A program made the translations under genes and the position numbers. A DNA stretch of 64,000 bases from Somniosus microcephalus (lineage: Eukaryota). Location of the stretch: the NCBI GenBank assembly GCA_052327205.1, contig CM126205.1, positions 274,908,001 through 274,972,000 of the forward strand, read 5' to 3'. Below are positions 50,801-63,644 of the stretch, piece by piece. Below the pieces are notes generated by a model that saw only the letters and a list, made by a program, of their open reading frames with translations, was not told where the DNA came from and made no database searches. The first letter of the stretch is position 1, and the number at the start of each line of letters is the position of its first letter.

Positions 50801-53122
50801 CTTGGCTCCTCAGACTTATTGTTTAACGTTTTCTTCATGACGGGAACGATGGGTGTCGCCCACTCGCTCCAGTCTACCTTAGATAACATGCCTGCCTTCT
50901 CCAGCTCTGCCTCGACGGCTGGGCGAATTGCATATGGTACCGGTCTTGCTTTGAAAAACTTGGGAATTGCATTCTCCTCTATTTTTATCGAGGCGGTTAC
51001 GCCTTTAAGAGTGCCCAGTTCTTGTTGAAATACCTCTTTGGCGTCAGCTAAGATTGTTGACAATCGTCCAGGAGTGACGTTGTCATCCTTTTTACCAGCC
51101 ACCGTCAGTGCCTGAATGGAGTGCCAGTCTAAACTTATCTTTCTGATCCATTCACGTCCCAATAACGGTGGTCCACCATCTTGCAGAATGTAGAGATATA
51201 ATTTCCGTATTTTCTTGCCGTTGTATTCGACAGGCACCCTTATTTTTCCTCTGGGGTATACTTTTTGCCCCATATACGTCCTCAAGACAATGGATGTCTC
51301 GCTCAAGGGTATGTGTGAGAATAGCCGCTCGTAGTCTCGTCGATTCATGACGGTTAGAGCTGATCCTGTATCCAATTCCATTTTGACTTGGGATCCTGTT
51401 ATCGTGAGGGTGACCCAAATGGTTCGGTGATCCTCTTTTGTGATTACGTTGTGAAGTTTGAGACAGCTTAGTCTCTTGTTCCCGGATTCACTCGCTCATC
51501 TGGTTTTCGGAACTACTGTCCGTCATCTTTTGTACTTTCCTGTATGGTTCCTTAGTAGCCTTTTTGTTGTCGTTGGTCGTCTTCCCGGACCTGCAAACTC
51601 GTGCAATGTGTCCCATCTTTCCGCATTGCCTGCATGTTTTGTCCTTGGACCAGCAGTCCTTCTGGTCATGGTTTGTTCTGCCGCAGCGATAACATTTTGC
51701 AAATCCCCGTGTCATTTCGTGGGTGCCGTATTCCTGTGGCTTTTGTTGTATTTCCGCAGCTCCCCTTGCTGCTGCTTCGTACGATACTGCCACGCTGAAA
51801 GCCTTATCTAGCGTCAGCTCTTTCTCTGAGAGTAACCTCTTCTGGGTTCCTTCACTCAGGAGTCCACAGACAAATTTGTCCCGTAAGGTATCTGCCAGTC
51901 CTGCTCCGAACTGGCAGTGCTTTGATAGCTTGCATAGTTCCGTAAGGTAATCAGCATTGCTCTCATTTTTATGCTGATTTCTCCTGTGGAATTTAAATCT
52001 TTCTGCTATCAGCAGCGGTGTAGGATTTAGGTGTTCCTGTAGGATAGCAACAATTTCGTTAAAACTCTTCGCCTTCGGTTTGGCTGGAGTAATCAGGTCC
52101 CGCAATAGGCTGTACGTTCTTGCGCCCATTAAATTTAGCAATACCGATGCCTTTTTCTCATCGGCTATTTCATTTGCCTCGCAATATACCTCGACTCCTT
52201 CCACATACGTGGTCCAGTCTTCTATTGCATTATCGAAGGCAGTGATATCGCCAGTCTTTGGCATCTTGAAATCTAAGATGGCGCCTCCCGCGCTTTGCCT
52301 TCGTCCCCGCCGAGTTAAGATGGCGCCTCCCGTGCTTTCCCGCCGCTGCTGCCAACGCTGTTGCTGGCGATTATATTTATTTTACTATCCTGTAATGGCG
52401 ACGCCCTATGGTCTTCGCGCCTCCCCGATCACTGCTGCCAACGCCGCTCTCCGCGGTATTTTTATTTTTCTATCGCGCTTCAATATTTGCTCCGTTAATT
52501 GAAGAACCATTCCCCTTGTGGAGCGGACCCTCTGGGACACTTCCTTCCCTCCTTCCTAGGTCCGAGCGCTGCCCGGCTGCGAAGCACCGGCTGCGCCCTG
52601 TGTGCTCCACCCTCTCTCTTTGCTTCCCGACTCCCTGCCCGGCCCCGTTGCAGAGCCACCCGATCGAGCTCTAGCCCGCCGCAGCCCAGGAAGGATCAGT
52701 GCACTACCTGCCACCAGCCCGATTAGCTGGGAAACCACAGACTGGAGACCAAGCCTGGCTCTCGACAGTCTCTCCTGCACTTTTCAATTCGATGATTTGG
52801 AGGGTGGTTGCCCACGGTCGACGCCCGTTTCTCGAGTTTCTTTGGATTATTATTTTTTTCTTTCTTCTGGCTTCGACCTTCAATAACGTCGTCTGAGGTG
52901 CTGCCGAGTTGCAGGTAAGTTTGTTTCTTACTCATCGCCAGTATTATGTCCGTGTATAATTGAGACACGGACTGCAGGAGTTGATTATAACAAGTCTTTA
53001 CTGAATGGAGACAACCTGGAAACTGAAACTACAGAAGCCTGCTAGGGCCTTTTATACAGGGGTGGCCACTGCCGGTACTGCAGTCTGAGACCAGTTATTC
53101 CCTTAAAGGTACATACACAACA
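47828..53122 (-). mobile_element. Full-length Ty3/Gypsy LTR retrotransposon, Mag-clade (K02A2.6-like)
   Basis: 181-bp LTRs 52942-53122 (5') and 47828-48008 (3'), 2 mismatches by eye, 5-bp TSD AATAC. PBS TGGCGATGAG (tRNA-Ser-GCU-like), PPT aaaaggggaggaa. Gag 52264 with two CCHC, protease LDTGS, RT YLDD, RNaseH CDASPYG, integrase HIDFAGP/AERFVQ. Confidence 0.95.
50254..50465 (+). mobile_element. Solo LTR nested in the RT gene of the Mag element
   Basis: TG...CA, 212 bp, TATAAA near 50327, AATAAA at 50405. Flanks ACCTA/ACCTG. Removing it restores [17 protein letters not shown]. Confidence 0.85.
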
Positions 53123-53708
53123 AATACACGCTATTTTCCCTTGATTAACCTTGTTAAGCCCACCAATTAAGGGGAAGCCGGTTACAGAGAACATCAGTGT
53201 ATGACGTTTCATCTGTCAATTTTTGACAGATGAATTGTCATTGTTTGACAGCTCTGTGAAGCTGTCAAACACTGACATTCTCTGTTGTTTGAGTCCTTGT
53301 ATTCAAGACTCATCAAACCTATCTGCTGAGCAGAAATCAGATGGCGGTTGCATCGGAGAATGCAGCAGCCATCTGTCATATCTCTGCCGGTGAGATGAGG
53401 AGTCTCCGGTTCCCCAACGGTTGAAGCCTGCAGGAAGAAACAAAGGTAAGTAAACATTTTCTATCACTTTTCACTCACCTCACATAATTGCCTCTCCACA
53501 CTTGCACCCATCACTTACCTCCACAGCGCACTTTTGGGCCCCTCCAAGCCCCGCAAACCCACTGCTCGCCTCGATGACCCTGACGGGGTTTCCTGGCGTC
53601 GGGAAGCCTGCGCCTCTGCTGGGAAAACGGGGATAATCCTCTTAACTGCCTGTTAATTACCTGATTCTGACTGGTGTCATCACAGGCGAAGTTGACCTAA
53701 TTGATGGC

Positions 53709-53851
53709 CAATGTTCCCTGTAACCCGCGTCGCCGTGCAGCACTCCAGAGACTCCGCGTAGCCAGCTTGCCGGCTTTTCAATGCAGAACCCGCGCATGCG
53801 AGGTATTTTGAATGGCCCACACAGCCCCCAACAAAATTAAAGGGGACATTG
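53709..53851. mobile_element. hAT-type MITE, third copy
   Basis: CAATGTTCCCTG ... GGGGACATTG; imperfect 8-bp flanks TTGATGGC/TTGCCGGC. Confidence 0.7.
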
Positions 53852-56800
53852 TTGCCGGCCCAAAGAAGCAATCAGTCACCTGTGTTATGCATTTGTGCGC
53901 TGCCGACATTGATAGACATTTAAAATCAACAGATCTCATATTTCCAAAAATATTCTTCGTCAGATTGGCTGCTAGAAGATGAATTTTCTAATTATTAGAT
54001 TACCTGCCAAAAAGTTAAATGTTGAACTACTGAAATTAGAGTTTTTCCACAAGGTAATGAACAGTACATAATTTGAAATGTTACAATGTGTATTCATTGT
54101 TGGATAGAAAAGTGTTCAATTATAACTTATTCCCTTATGGCAAAGTTTAGAAACTTTCCTAATGAGCTCAATCTTTTGAATACAGGAGACTCGCTGGATA
54201 TGATTCATTACCCTTTGGATTGCTGCAAAATGGATTTTTTTAGCTGACACATGTACAAAGGAACACATTGTGGTTCGTTAGCAAACAGCAGTTTCTTTTG
54301 GGTCTTGAGAAAAAGACCCGTCAGTCCAAGTTGTGGGTCAATTGACCCACTTTTTATTTTATCTATTTTTATCTAGTCAATTTTGAGAGAAAATCATACT
54401 AGTGTGGACAAAGATTTTTTTTTTAAATCTAGTTTTACATGGTTTTAAATAAAGTAATACATCGTATAAAAATTGGATCATCTAGTTGCCTTTACGATGT
54501 CTTTACGAAATTTCCTTTATTCTTTGGCAAAATTTGAGTCTGCAAATGGGATTGTGGCTGGCTGCAATGTAATAACCTTAAACACTTTACTTAATGAAGA
54601 ACATTCTGTTAAATGTTCACCTGAGCCATGTGCCCATTGAACTCATTAAACCTCATCAGCTTATTCATTATTGGACGTTTGACCTAAATTGTTGTTTCAT
54701 TGATTTATGTCAAAATCTGGCTGCTGATAACATAGACCATTGTTTGTTTCCATGGAATCCCTCATGGAGCTATTTTGCATGAATTGATCCTGATAATAGC
54801 AATCTAAAAATGTCTAATTTTCTACTGTTGCTGTGTTTTTAAAAAAAGACCAATTGACATGCAGGAATGGCATTGTGAAGAGAACAGCTTCTCTGGTCAT
54901 TATCCCATTGTTTTCTGTGATGTTAGTTTGTTCAGATTCTGAAAAAGCTGTTCTTCCACAGGCTGCTTCTACATCAAAGAGTCTAATGTATAATTGTCAG
55001 GCTTAATGACCATTCTTTAGTTTTTATTCATTATTGCTTTTAAACATGTGAAAGATGGCTAGAGCTCCATAAGTTGTGTAAAATCACCAGACTGCTTGAC
55101 AAAATTTGCTGAGAAAAACAAGAGATTCTTGGTCAACCCAGTTATTTTGTTGCATAAATTACTGTTATGTTGTATAGTATCTTCCCTATCCTTTTGGCAT
55201 CTGTGCATTATTTTATTAAGACAGTATTTTAGCCTGTAATAAAGTGGGTAAATGATATTGTCCACTGTCTTGAGATGGTGGACATCCTACGTATTCTCCA
55301 GTACGCAACTTAGTCTGAGTGAGGTTAGACCATGGTTACACTAACGCAATGTGGCAGAAAATAAAGATGCAGCTTTCAGTTCATAGAAAACTTGGTCTAC
55401 CTACAGAATTTGGCAGAAATATTTTTGGTTCCTGCTTCACCCTTGCTGTTAAGGGGTGGTTTGGGTAGGGAGGAGGAGCCATAATTGGAAAATATAATTT
55501 TTCCTAAACCATGCACAGCTTAAAAAAAGTATCTGAACAGACCAGCCATCCATGAAATCTCCCTGCCCTATCCCCCAGTAAGTGACCCTGTAATATAAAT
55601 GGGCTGTTTCAGGTACAGGCAGTAAAGTGTATGGATTTTCATTGATCTTCTTGGGCTGCATCTGAACCTGAAGTGAACATTTGGTGTTCTCGCTTACATG
55701 TGATGACAAAATAGAATTATTAGTGCAGTGCAACCTGCACTCCATAAATGCTGATTACACAGGCACAGGTGTTTTTTCTGCTTTTTAAAATATATCTATT
55801 ATATAAGCTAGATTATTTTGGAAAATTGAAAAAGCAGAGGTTACACCTGCATTGAATGATTTTTTTTTTTTAAATTTCAGGTAGGTTTAGACATGATTTT
55901 AAAAATTAGTTTCAACTAGTTTTCTGTCTGCACATGAGACAGAACCAGAGTTGAGGTGGTACTAACTTTTCTTATGCAACTTTAGGATGGAGGTTGGGAG
56001 ATAAGTTGACCAACTGACTCAGACCAAGTACATGTATATCAGTTAGGATGAAGAAGCTTTGGCCTAGAGGCTAATTAAATTCTAGATGATGAAAGCATTA
56101 TTATACATGGAAGATCTGGATGAGATGTGGACATCTGCTCATTAAATGATTTGTATGCACAGGATGCTCCATTCTGTCTTTGAACTAGATTGTTTAACAT
56201 TTTTATTTGGATGCCTATGGACTGAGATAAATTCTGAAGATTTTCCTCTTTAGTTCAATTCGTTTGCAAAGTTGAACTACATGAAATTGATCTAAGCAGT
56301 CTCCACTAATGTAGTGGTGGACTGTGATTTTTGGCACAAAATGTATGCTGTATAAACTATATATAATATATATGGCATCTTACTTATAATCACATAAATA
56401 AAACACACTTTTTCCCACATACACTTCAAAGTGGGCCATACAGCCAGCCAGAGAGATTAAAGGGAGAGACAATTTTGAATATTTGCTATTGTATGCCAGA
56501 CATTTAAATTGAATAGACTTTAAACAAGTTGTACAACACATTTACCAACCCATAAGTGTTGTATTAAAATCCTTTTTGAATATTCTTACCAATAAAAAGT
56601 CTGTATTTCCCTAATGATTTGCATGGATTAATAGGTGATTACAGTGTATACACAAACTGAATCAGTTACATGGTAAAACTGAAAACAAAATAACATTTTA
56701 TTTTGTTCATGTATGCTGCAGATTTGCAAATGTTTGACCTGTGTTATGCACTGAAGAAGAACTGCAGTTTCTACAATCATGACGTTGAAAGAAGTCTCTT

Positions 56801-57046
56801 TAGGAGACATCATTAAATGGTATTAACTGTACTTGGGTCAATTTAAAGGTTTTGAGGAAAAGCTGTTAAGGAATTAGATTTGATATAAAAATCTGATAAT
56901 TTTCAGAAGAAAACACTGTATACAAAGCACATTGTCATTAGTCTTTGTCCCTTAGGCAATTTGTATTTTAAATCCTTTGTTTGATTGTGACAGTATGTTA
57001 ATTCAGTTAGTCAGCATTCACTTAATAACTTATTGCTTTTTAACAG

Positions 57047-57178
57047 AAAACATATGGAGACATTACTGAAAGGCTAGAGTTGAAACAACGCCTACATTGT
57101 AATAACTTCACTTGGTATTTGAAGAATGTTTATCCGGAGGTGTTTATGCCCGATATGTCTCCTGCACATTATGGAGCA
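57047..57178 (+). CDS. GALNT6: GALNT coding exon 7 (end of catalytic domain, linker)
   Basis: [44 protein letters not shown]; 132 nt, cag|..|gtaag. Confidence 0.93.
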
Positions 57179-57619
57179 GTAAGTACTTTTATTTTTCTAT
57201 ATTACACTCTTGTCACAAATTAATTCTCTATTCTAAAATAATTATTCTGTTTTATGAATGTAAAAATTAAGTTTAGGCATTTAACATTTGAGAATATTTT
57301 TTGATTGTAGCCTTGCTTATTTAATCGATTAACATTTCCATCTTTCCTTCTTTCCTAATATTATGCTTGAACTATTTGTTTGTAAATCTGAGAATTTTAC
57401 ACATTACCAGATTATACTACTTTGATTATTTTATAGCTGCAATCTTTTCAATTACATGTATTTAGCTGAAACCTAAATTACACTAAGATGGTTAGTCTTG
57501 GCCCTATTGAACTAAAAGCTCATCTCTCTTCATAAAGTAATTTACCAAAAATCCTTTAGCTGATCAAGAAGTAGGATTGATTTTACATTCATTTTTTTTT
57601 TTTCCCCTTTTAAATTCAG

Positions 57620-57721
57620 ATTAAAAATGTAGGTTTGGAAACTTGCCTTGATGCTGGAGAAAATAACCAGGGTGCAAAACACTTAATAATGTATACATGC
57701 CATGGTCTTGGAGGAAACCAG
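57620..57721 (+). CDS. GALNT6: GALNT coding exon 8 (ricin-type lectin alpha repeat)
   Basis: [34 protein letters not shown]; 102 nt, cag|..|gtaat. Confidence 0.93.
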
Positions 57722-58363
57722 GTAATAAAATCAAGTGTATTGAATTAAATAATTCAATGTTGGTCACTTTTGGACAAACATTGCTTCTTGTTACATATTT
57801 TGAGTAAAGCTATTTTACAAAATTTCATGTAATTTCTTTTTCCTATAAAATGATGAACTGCAACAAAATATTTTTTATCTGTCAAGCACATCATTTGGAT
57901 GGTATTGGCTACAAAACTCTTAATTGATTCTTTTCTCAGTATGCTTCTCTAGGTGCTTTGTACACCATTTAAATCTCTGATAATTTTCTTGCACATTTCT
58001 TTGTTACTTTTTATCTTCTCACTTGCCTTTTAGTGTGTTCGTATGCCAGTAGAAATATATACTCTGCTTTTCTTAACGCTCTAATATTTCAAGAAAGCTG
58101 TAAAATCTCCTCGGAGCTCCAACCGCCAGAACTGTGGTGGAATCCCCGATTGTGTGTGAACAGAGTTTCCGCCACACTTCTAGTGAAGTTACGGTGGCAA
58201 AGTGGGATCAGCGCCAAGGAAATTCCCGAGTTAGTCTCTTTGTAATGCGGACAAAAAGATGACCCAAGAGAGTATTTATTAATTGACAATGTTATTCTAA
58301 GGCACAATCAACTTGAATTTACTTACGCATTAGAAGTGTTATAGTTAAGGGATGATTGAGAGT

Positions 58364-59444
58364 GGCCCGGATTTTGCGGTAAAAATAACGGTAAGGCTAT
58401 TGGCGCTTAGTTATTCGAGTAAATCAGGCAGCAACTTCCAGCGACCGCACATGCACAGTGAAATGTGGAAATCAGGAAGTTGCTGTCCGAGTTGCCCTGC
58501 TCCTCCAAAAGCTGCACTATAACAGTGTCTTGCTGACAGACTTGCCGTTCAAATACATGAAAGGGCATGAATTTGCAGTAATTGCATGATATCCACTAAC
58601 CACACCAGAATAAGTTGAGGCTTGTCTATGCCAGTGTATGTAAATTTTTAATGGCGTAATATGTCTTAATTACTGCCAAACAACCTCTCTGGCACTGAAA
58701 ATTAACTTTTACAAGTGTGGAGCCCTATTCCTTCAGATTATAATTATTGTTGGAGATTTTTTTTTTTTAAATGTAAATAACACTTTTTTGCTTTTTTCTA
58801 TCTCTTTTATCTCTCTCCCATTTTTCATTTCCCTCTCTGTTTCGCTTTCTGTACATGACTTGGCATTGAATTAACTATTCTAACTTGCACTTCCTGGTTC
58901 AGACTCTGCACGCCTCATGACGAATTCTTAAATCTGATTGGTTAAAGAGATACACAGTTGCTTGCCATATTCACACAGGACCCAGATCCCCTGTAGAGGG
59001 TGCTGCGCTGAAATGGCTTTCGAATCGCCACAAGTTCCTGTGCTAAAGCCCATATGAAGAAAGATTTGCATTTATATCGCACCTTTCACAACCTCAGAAC
59101 ATCCCAAAGTGCTTTGCAGCCAATGAAATACTTTTTGAAGTGTAGTCACTGTTGTAATGTAGGAAATGCGGCAGCCAATTTGCACACAGTAAGCTCTCTC
59201 AAATAGCAATGTGATAATGACCAGATAACCTGTTTTAGTGATGTCGATTGAAGGATAAATATTGGCTTGGACACCGGGGAGAACTCTTCTGCTCTTCTAA
59301 ATATTGCCATGGGATCTCTTACGTCCACCTGAGGGGGCAGACAGGGCCTCGATTTAAAGTCTCATCTGAAAGACGGAAAGTCTGTGGGCAAGTGTAATAA
59401 ATGACTGGCGCCGTTCGTTCGCCACTGACCACAAAATCCGGGCC
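58364..59444. mobile_element. Non-autonomous TIR element (Harbinger-like) containing a SINE
   Basis: Perfect 13-bp TIR GGCCCGGATTTTG / CAAAATCCGGGCC; flanks agt/aat. Confidence 0.75.
59062..59378 (-). mobile_element. DeuSINE (SacSINE1-like), 5'-truncated
   Basis: Reverse complement of the 38260-38476 body plus the tail seen at 38490. Confidence 0.8.
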
Positions 59445-59544
59445 AATGTTTCACAATATGCAGATATTCCTTTGCCTATTGCAAGTCCTTATCCAATAAC
59501 TTTTTTAACTTTTATTGAAGCACAGTAACAAACATAATTATCTT

Positions 59545-60980
59545 CAACGATAGCAAAATACTGCAGATGCTGGAAATCCGAAATAACAACAGAAAATGCT
59601 GGAAAAACTCAGCAGGCCAGGCAACATCCATAGAGAGAAATTAGAGTGACGTTTCGGGTCTAACCCTTTTTCAAACTGGAAAGGAAATAAAATAGATCGA
59701 AGGCAGGGCTGCGATAGAACAAAAGAAGTAAAAGAGACATTGAGGTATTCAAAACCAGACGCGATGGTAATAGGACAGTGGAGACAAAAGACGGCAAGAT
59801 TAGGTGTGAAGTGTACTGGCAGGATGAGAGACAGCTGCTGTGTGGGAGAGAGGGGAAAAAAAAGGAAAGGGTGGGGGGGTGGGTGGAAGGGAAGATCCAA
59901 AACAAAGGGGTGGAAAAAATATATAAGTAAAAATGTAATGGGGGCCGAGGTTATGATCTGAAACTGTTGAACTCGATATTGAGTCCGGAAGGCTGCAAAG
60001 TGCCTAATCGGAAGATGAGGTGCTGTTCCTCGAGTTTACGTTGAGCTTCCATGGAACAATGCAAGAGGCCAAGGATGGTGAGGTCCGAGTGGGAATGGAG
60101 CAGTGAATTAAAATGACAGGCGACCGGAAGCTCGGGGTCACCCTTACGGACTGAACGGAGGTGTTCCGCAAAGCGGTCACCCAATCTGCGTTTGGTCTCC
60201 CCAATGTAGAGGAGACCGCATCGTGAACAGCGAATACAGTATACTAGATTGCAAGAAATACAAGTAAATTGCTGTTTCACCTGGAAGTGGTGTTTGGGGC
60301 CCTGGACAGTGGGAAGGTATGGGGGCAGGTGTTGCATCTCCTGCGCTTGCACGGGAAGGTGCCAGGCGAAGGGGGTGATAGAGGGGTGCACTAGGGTGTC
60401 TCGGAGGGAGCGGTCCCTACGGCATGCTGAAAGGGGAGGGGACGGGAAGATGCGTTTGGTGGTGGGATCACTTTGGAGGTAGCGGAAATGGCGGCGGATG
60501 ATCCGTTGGATGTGGAGGCTGGTGGGGTGAAAGGTGAGGACAAGGGGAACCCTATCGTGGTTCCGGGAGGGAGGGGCAGGGGTGAGGGCAGAAGTGCAGG
60601 AGATAGAACGGACACAGTCGAGGGCCGTGTCAACCACGGTAGAGGGGAATCCTCGGTTGCAGAAAAAGGAAGACACGTCGGAAGCACTGGTGTGGAAGGT
60701 GGCATCGTCGGAGCAGATACGGCGGAGACGGAGAAACTGGGAGAATGGAATAGAGTCCTTACAGGAGGCGGGGTGGAAGGAAGTGTAGTCCAGGTAGCTG
60801 TGGGAGTCAGTGGGCTTGTAGTGAATATTGGCTGATAACCTATCCCCAGAGATGGAGACTGAGAAGTCGAGGAAGGGAAGGGAAGAGTCAGAGATGGACC
60901 ATGTGAAGGTGAGGGAAGGGTGGAAATTGGAGGCAAAGTGAATGAAATTGTCTAGTTCGGGGCGAGAGCAGGAAACGTCA
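59545..60980 (-). mobile_element. Penelope-like element 3' part: RT C-terminus, GIY-YIG endonuclease and pseudo-LTR
   Basis: LPFLD..YKPTDSHSYL..PFSQFLRLRRICS; LVYCIRCSRCGLLYIGETKRRLGDRFAEH..PSGLN. pLTR at about 59545-59950. Confidence 0.9.
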
Positions 60981-61369
60981 GGAGAGCAGGAATAATTATC
61001 TTCAAAATTGGCATAAAAGGTACAGTATTTCTGCAACAGGAGTGGAAGGTTAGGAAATGCATCAAGGTTCATGATGAAAACAAAGATTAGTAAAAAGTGG
61101 TCATTAAAGAACCAGATGGCATGCTCATTTGGAAAAACTATAAAATTAAGGGCACAAACTTTCTTCAATCGAGTTACAGGTAATAATTGAAGAGGGGAAA
61201 ATACTAATGTTTCAATTTTTAAAGAGGACAAATCCAGGATCCTAGCAATTATAATGTTTGCATTGGAAAAATACTGGAGACTATCAAAGCAAGCAATTCA
61301 AGTATCTAACAAGTGGGAAGGAAATAAGTTCAATCTATTGTGAATTTAGTGAAAAGCAGGCACACCTGG

Positions 61370-61850
61370 TTAGATGACGGGATAGAGAGCCACATATCCA
61401 AGTTTGCCAATGACGCGTAGATAGGTGGCATTGTAACAGTGTAGATGGAAGCATAAAAATTAGAGAGATATTAATAGATTAAGTGAATGGGTAAAACTGT
61501 GGCAAATGGATTTCAATATAGGCAAGATGAAACTATTTCCACTGGTTGGGGAATCTAGGACTAGGGGACATAGCCTAAAAATTAGAGCAAGGCCTTTCAG
61601 GGGTGAAGTTAGGAAACACTTCTACATGCAAAGGGTGGTAGAAGTTTGGAACTCTCCGCAAACGGCAATTGATGCTGGGTCCATTGTTAATTTTAAATCT
61701 GAGCTTGATAGATTTCTGTTAATCAAAGGTATTCGGGGATATGGGGCATAGGCGGTTAAATGGAGTTAGGTCACAGATCAGCCTTGATCTCATTGAATGG
61801 TGGAATTGGTTTGAGGGGCTAAATGGCCTACTCCTGGTGCTATGTTCCTA
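61370..61850 (+). mobile_element. CR1 3' fragment with internal deletion
   Basis: atatccaagtttgccaatgac (ISKFAND) fused to LFPLVGESRTRGHSLKI; tail ctatgttccta. Confidence 0.75.
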
Positions 61851-61999
61851 GCACATTTATTGGCATTCATTAAGGATGTGCCAGAGATGATGGTAATGCA
61901 TTTCAGGACGCACTTCATGACTGGCAACACTAGAATGACATGACTGATGATAAACTCGTGGGATAATAACAGTGAAAATTATCTAATTTGATTAGGTAA

Positions 62000-62597
62000 T
62001 ACAACAACAACTTGTATTTATATAGTGCCTTTAACGTAGTAAAACATCCCAAGGCGCTTCACAGGAGTATTATAAGGCAAAAAGATTGACACCAAGCCAT
62101 ATAAGGGGAAATTAGGTTTTAAGGAGGGTCTTCAAGGAGGAAAGAGAGGTAGAGGGGTGGAGAAGTTTAGGCAGGGAATTCCAGAGCTTAGGGCCTAGGC
62201 AACAGAAGGCACGGCCACCAATGGTTGAGCGATTTATAATCATGCATGCTCAAGAGGGCAGAATTAGAGCAGGGCAGATATCTCTGTGGGGGGGTGGTGG
62301 GACTAGAGGAAATTACAGAGATAGGGAGGGATGAGGCCATGGAGAGATTTGAAAACCAGGATGAGAATTTTTGAAATCCAGGCATTGCTTAACCGGAAGC
62401 CAATGTAGGTCAGCGAGCACAGGGGTGCTGGGTGAACAGGACTTGGTACGAGTTAGGATGCGAGCAGCCGAGTTTTGGATGGCCTCAAGTTTACCTAGGG
62501 TAGAATGTGGGAGGCCAGCCAGGAGTGCGTTGGAATAGTCAAGTCTAGAGGTAACAAAGGCATGGATGAGAGTTTCAGCAGCCCATGAGCTGAGCAA
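62000..62597 (-). mobile_element. L2 LINE 3' fragment
   Basis: AAETLIHAFVTSRLDYSNALL..LADLHWLPVKQ; acaacaacaacttgtatttatatag tail. Confidence 0.85.
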
Positions 62598-63488
62598 TAG
62601 GAAATATATCGTAATTAACTATTGTGTCACTATTGAATCTGCTTCCATCACCCTTTAGGGCAGTGTATTCCAGATCACAACAACTCGCTGTGTTTATATA
62701 AAAAAAAAAGTTTCCTCCTGTCGCCTCTGGGTCCTTTTGCCAATCACCTTAAATCTGTGTCCTTCGATTACCGACCCTTATGCCACTGGAAACGGTTTCT
62801 CTTTATTTACTCTATCAAAACCATTCATGATTTTGAACACCTCTATCACATCTCCTCTTAACCTTCTCTGCTCTAAGGAGAACAACCCCAGTTTCTCAAG
62901 TGTCTCCACATAACTGAAGTCCCTCATCCCCGGTACCATTCTAGTAAAACTCTTCTGCACTCTCTCAAAGGCCTTGACATCCTTCCTAAAGTGTGGTGAC
63001 CAGAATTGAGGCGGAACCAGTGTTTTATAAAGGTTTATCATAACTTCCTTTCTTTTGCATTCTATTCCCCTATAAATAAAGCCAAGGATCCCATATGCTT
63101 TTTAACAGCCTCTTCAACTTGTCCTGCCATCTTGAAAGATTTGTGTAAATACACCCCCAGGTGTCTCTGTTCCTGCACCCCCTTTAAAATTGTACCATTT
63201 AGTTTATATTGCTTTATCACTTTACACTTCTCTGCCTTAAAATTCATCTGCCATGTGTCTGCCCATTTCACCAGTATGTCCATGTCCTCCTAAAGTCTGT
63301 TACTATCCGCTTCCTTATTTACTACATTTCAGAGTTTCGTATCATCTGCAAAGTTTTAAATTATGCCCTGTATACCCAAGTCCAGTTCATTAATATATAT
63401 CAAGAACAGCAGTGGTCCTAATACTGACCCCTGGGGAACACCACTGTATACTTCCTCCAGTCTGGAAAAGCAGCTGTTCACCACTACT

Positions 63489-63644
63489 ACAATAACACAC
63501 AATAGCAAAATACTGCGGATGCTGGAAATCTGAAATAACAACAGAAAACACTGGACAAACTCAGCAGGCCAGGCAGCATCTGTGGAGAGAGAAACAGAGT
63601 TAACGTTTCAGGTCGAAGACCTTTCGTCAGAACTGTTGTAGTGG
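63489..63644 (-). mobile_element. Short Penelope pseudo-LTR insertion inside CR1
   Basis: Near-identical to 59550-59640; bounded by direct repeat CACCACTACT (63479-88, 63645-54). Confidence 0.8.
63598..63634 (-). ncRNA. Minimal type I hammerhead ribozyme motif
   Basis: Minus strand AGUU CUGACGA A AGGUC UUC GACCU GAAA C GU U AACU: catalytic boxes intact, 5-bp helix II, palindromic ACGU helix III, GUU triplet, 4-bp helix I. Confidence 0.75.

Larger units (their letters stand above)
47739..53700 (-). mobile_element. Harbinger-like non-autonomous element (family of 16574-17410), split by an LTR element
   Basis: Starts GGGGGTGATTTTGA. Shared palindromes (catctgtcaa..ttgacagatg; tgtttgacagct..agctgtcaaaca) and ttaactgcctgttaa. 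Right end unclear. Confidence 0.6.

Noticed and set aside
54878-54956. Possible pre-miRNA hairpin (gaacagctt/aagctgttc)
   Set aside because: Only about 10 bp of stem; the interior does not pair.
55700-55754. Possible box C/D snoRNA (GTGATGA ... CTGA)
   Set aside because: Short, with no terminal stem and no recognisable guide.
60981-61231. N-terminal part of the 426-aa minus ORF
   Set aside because: AT-rich flank fortuitously in frame with the truncated Penelope ORF; no recognisable motifs.
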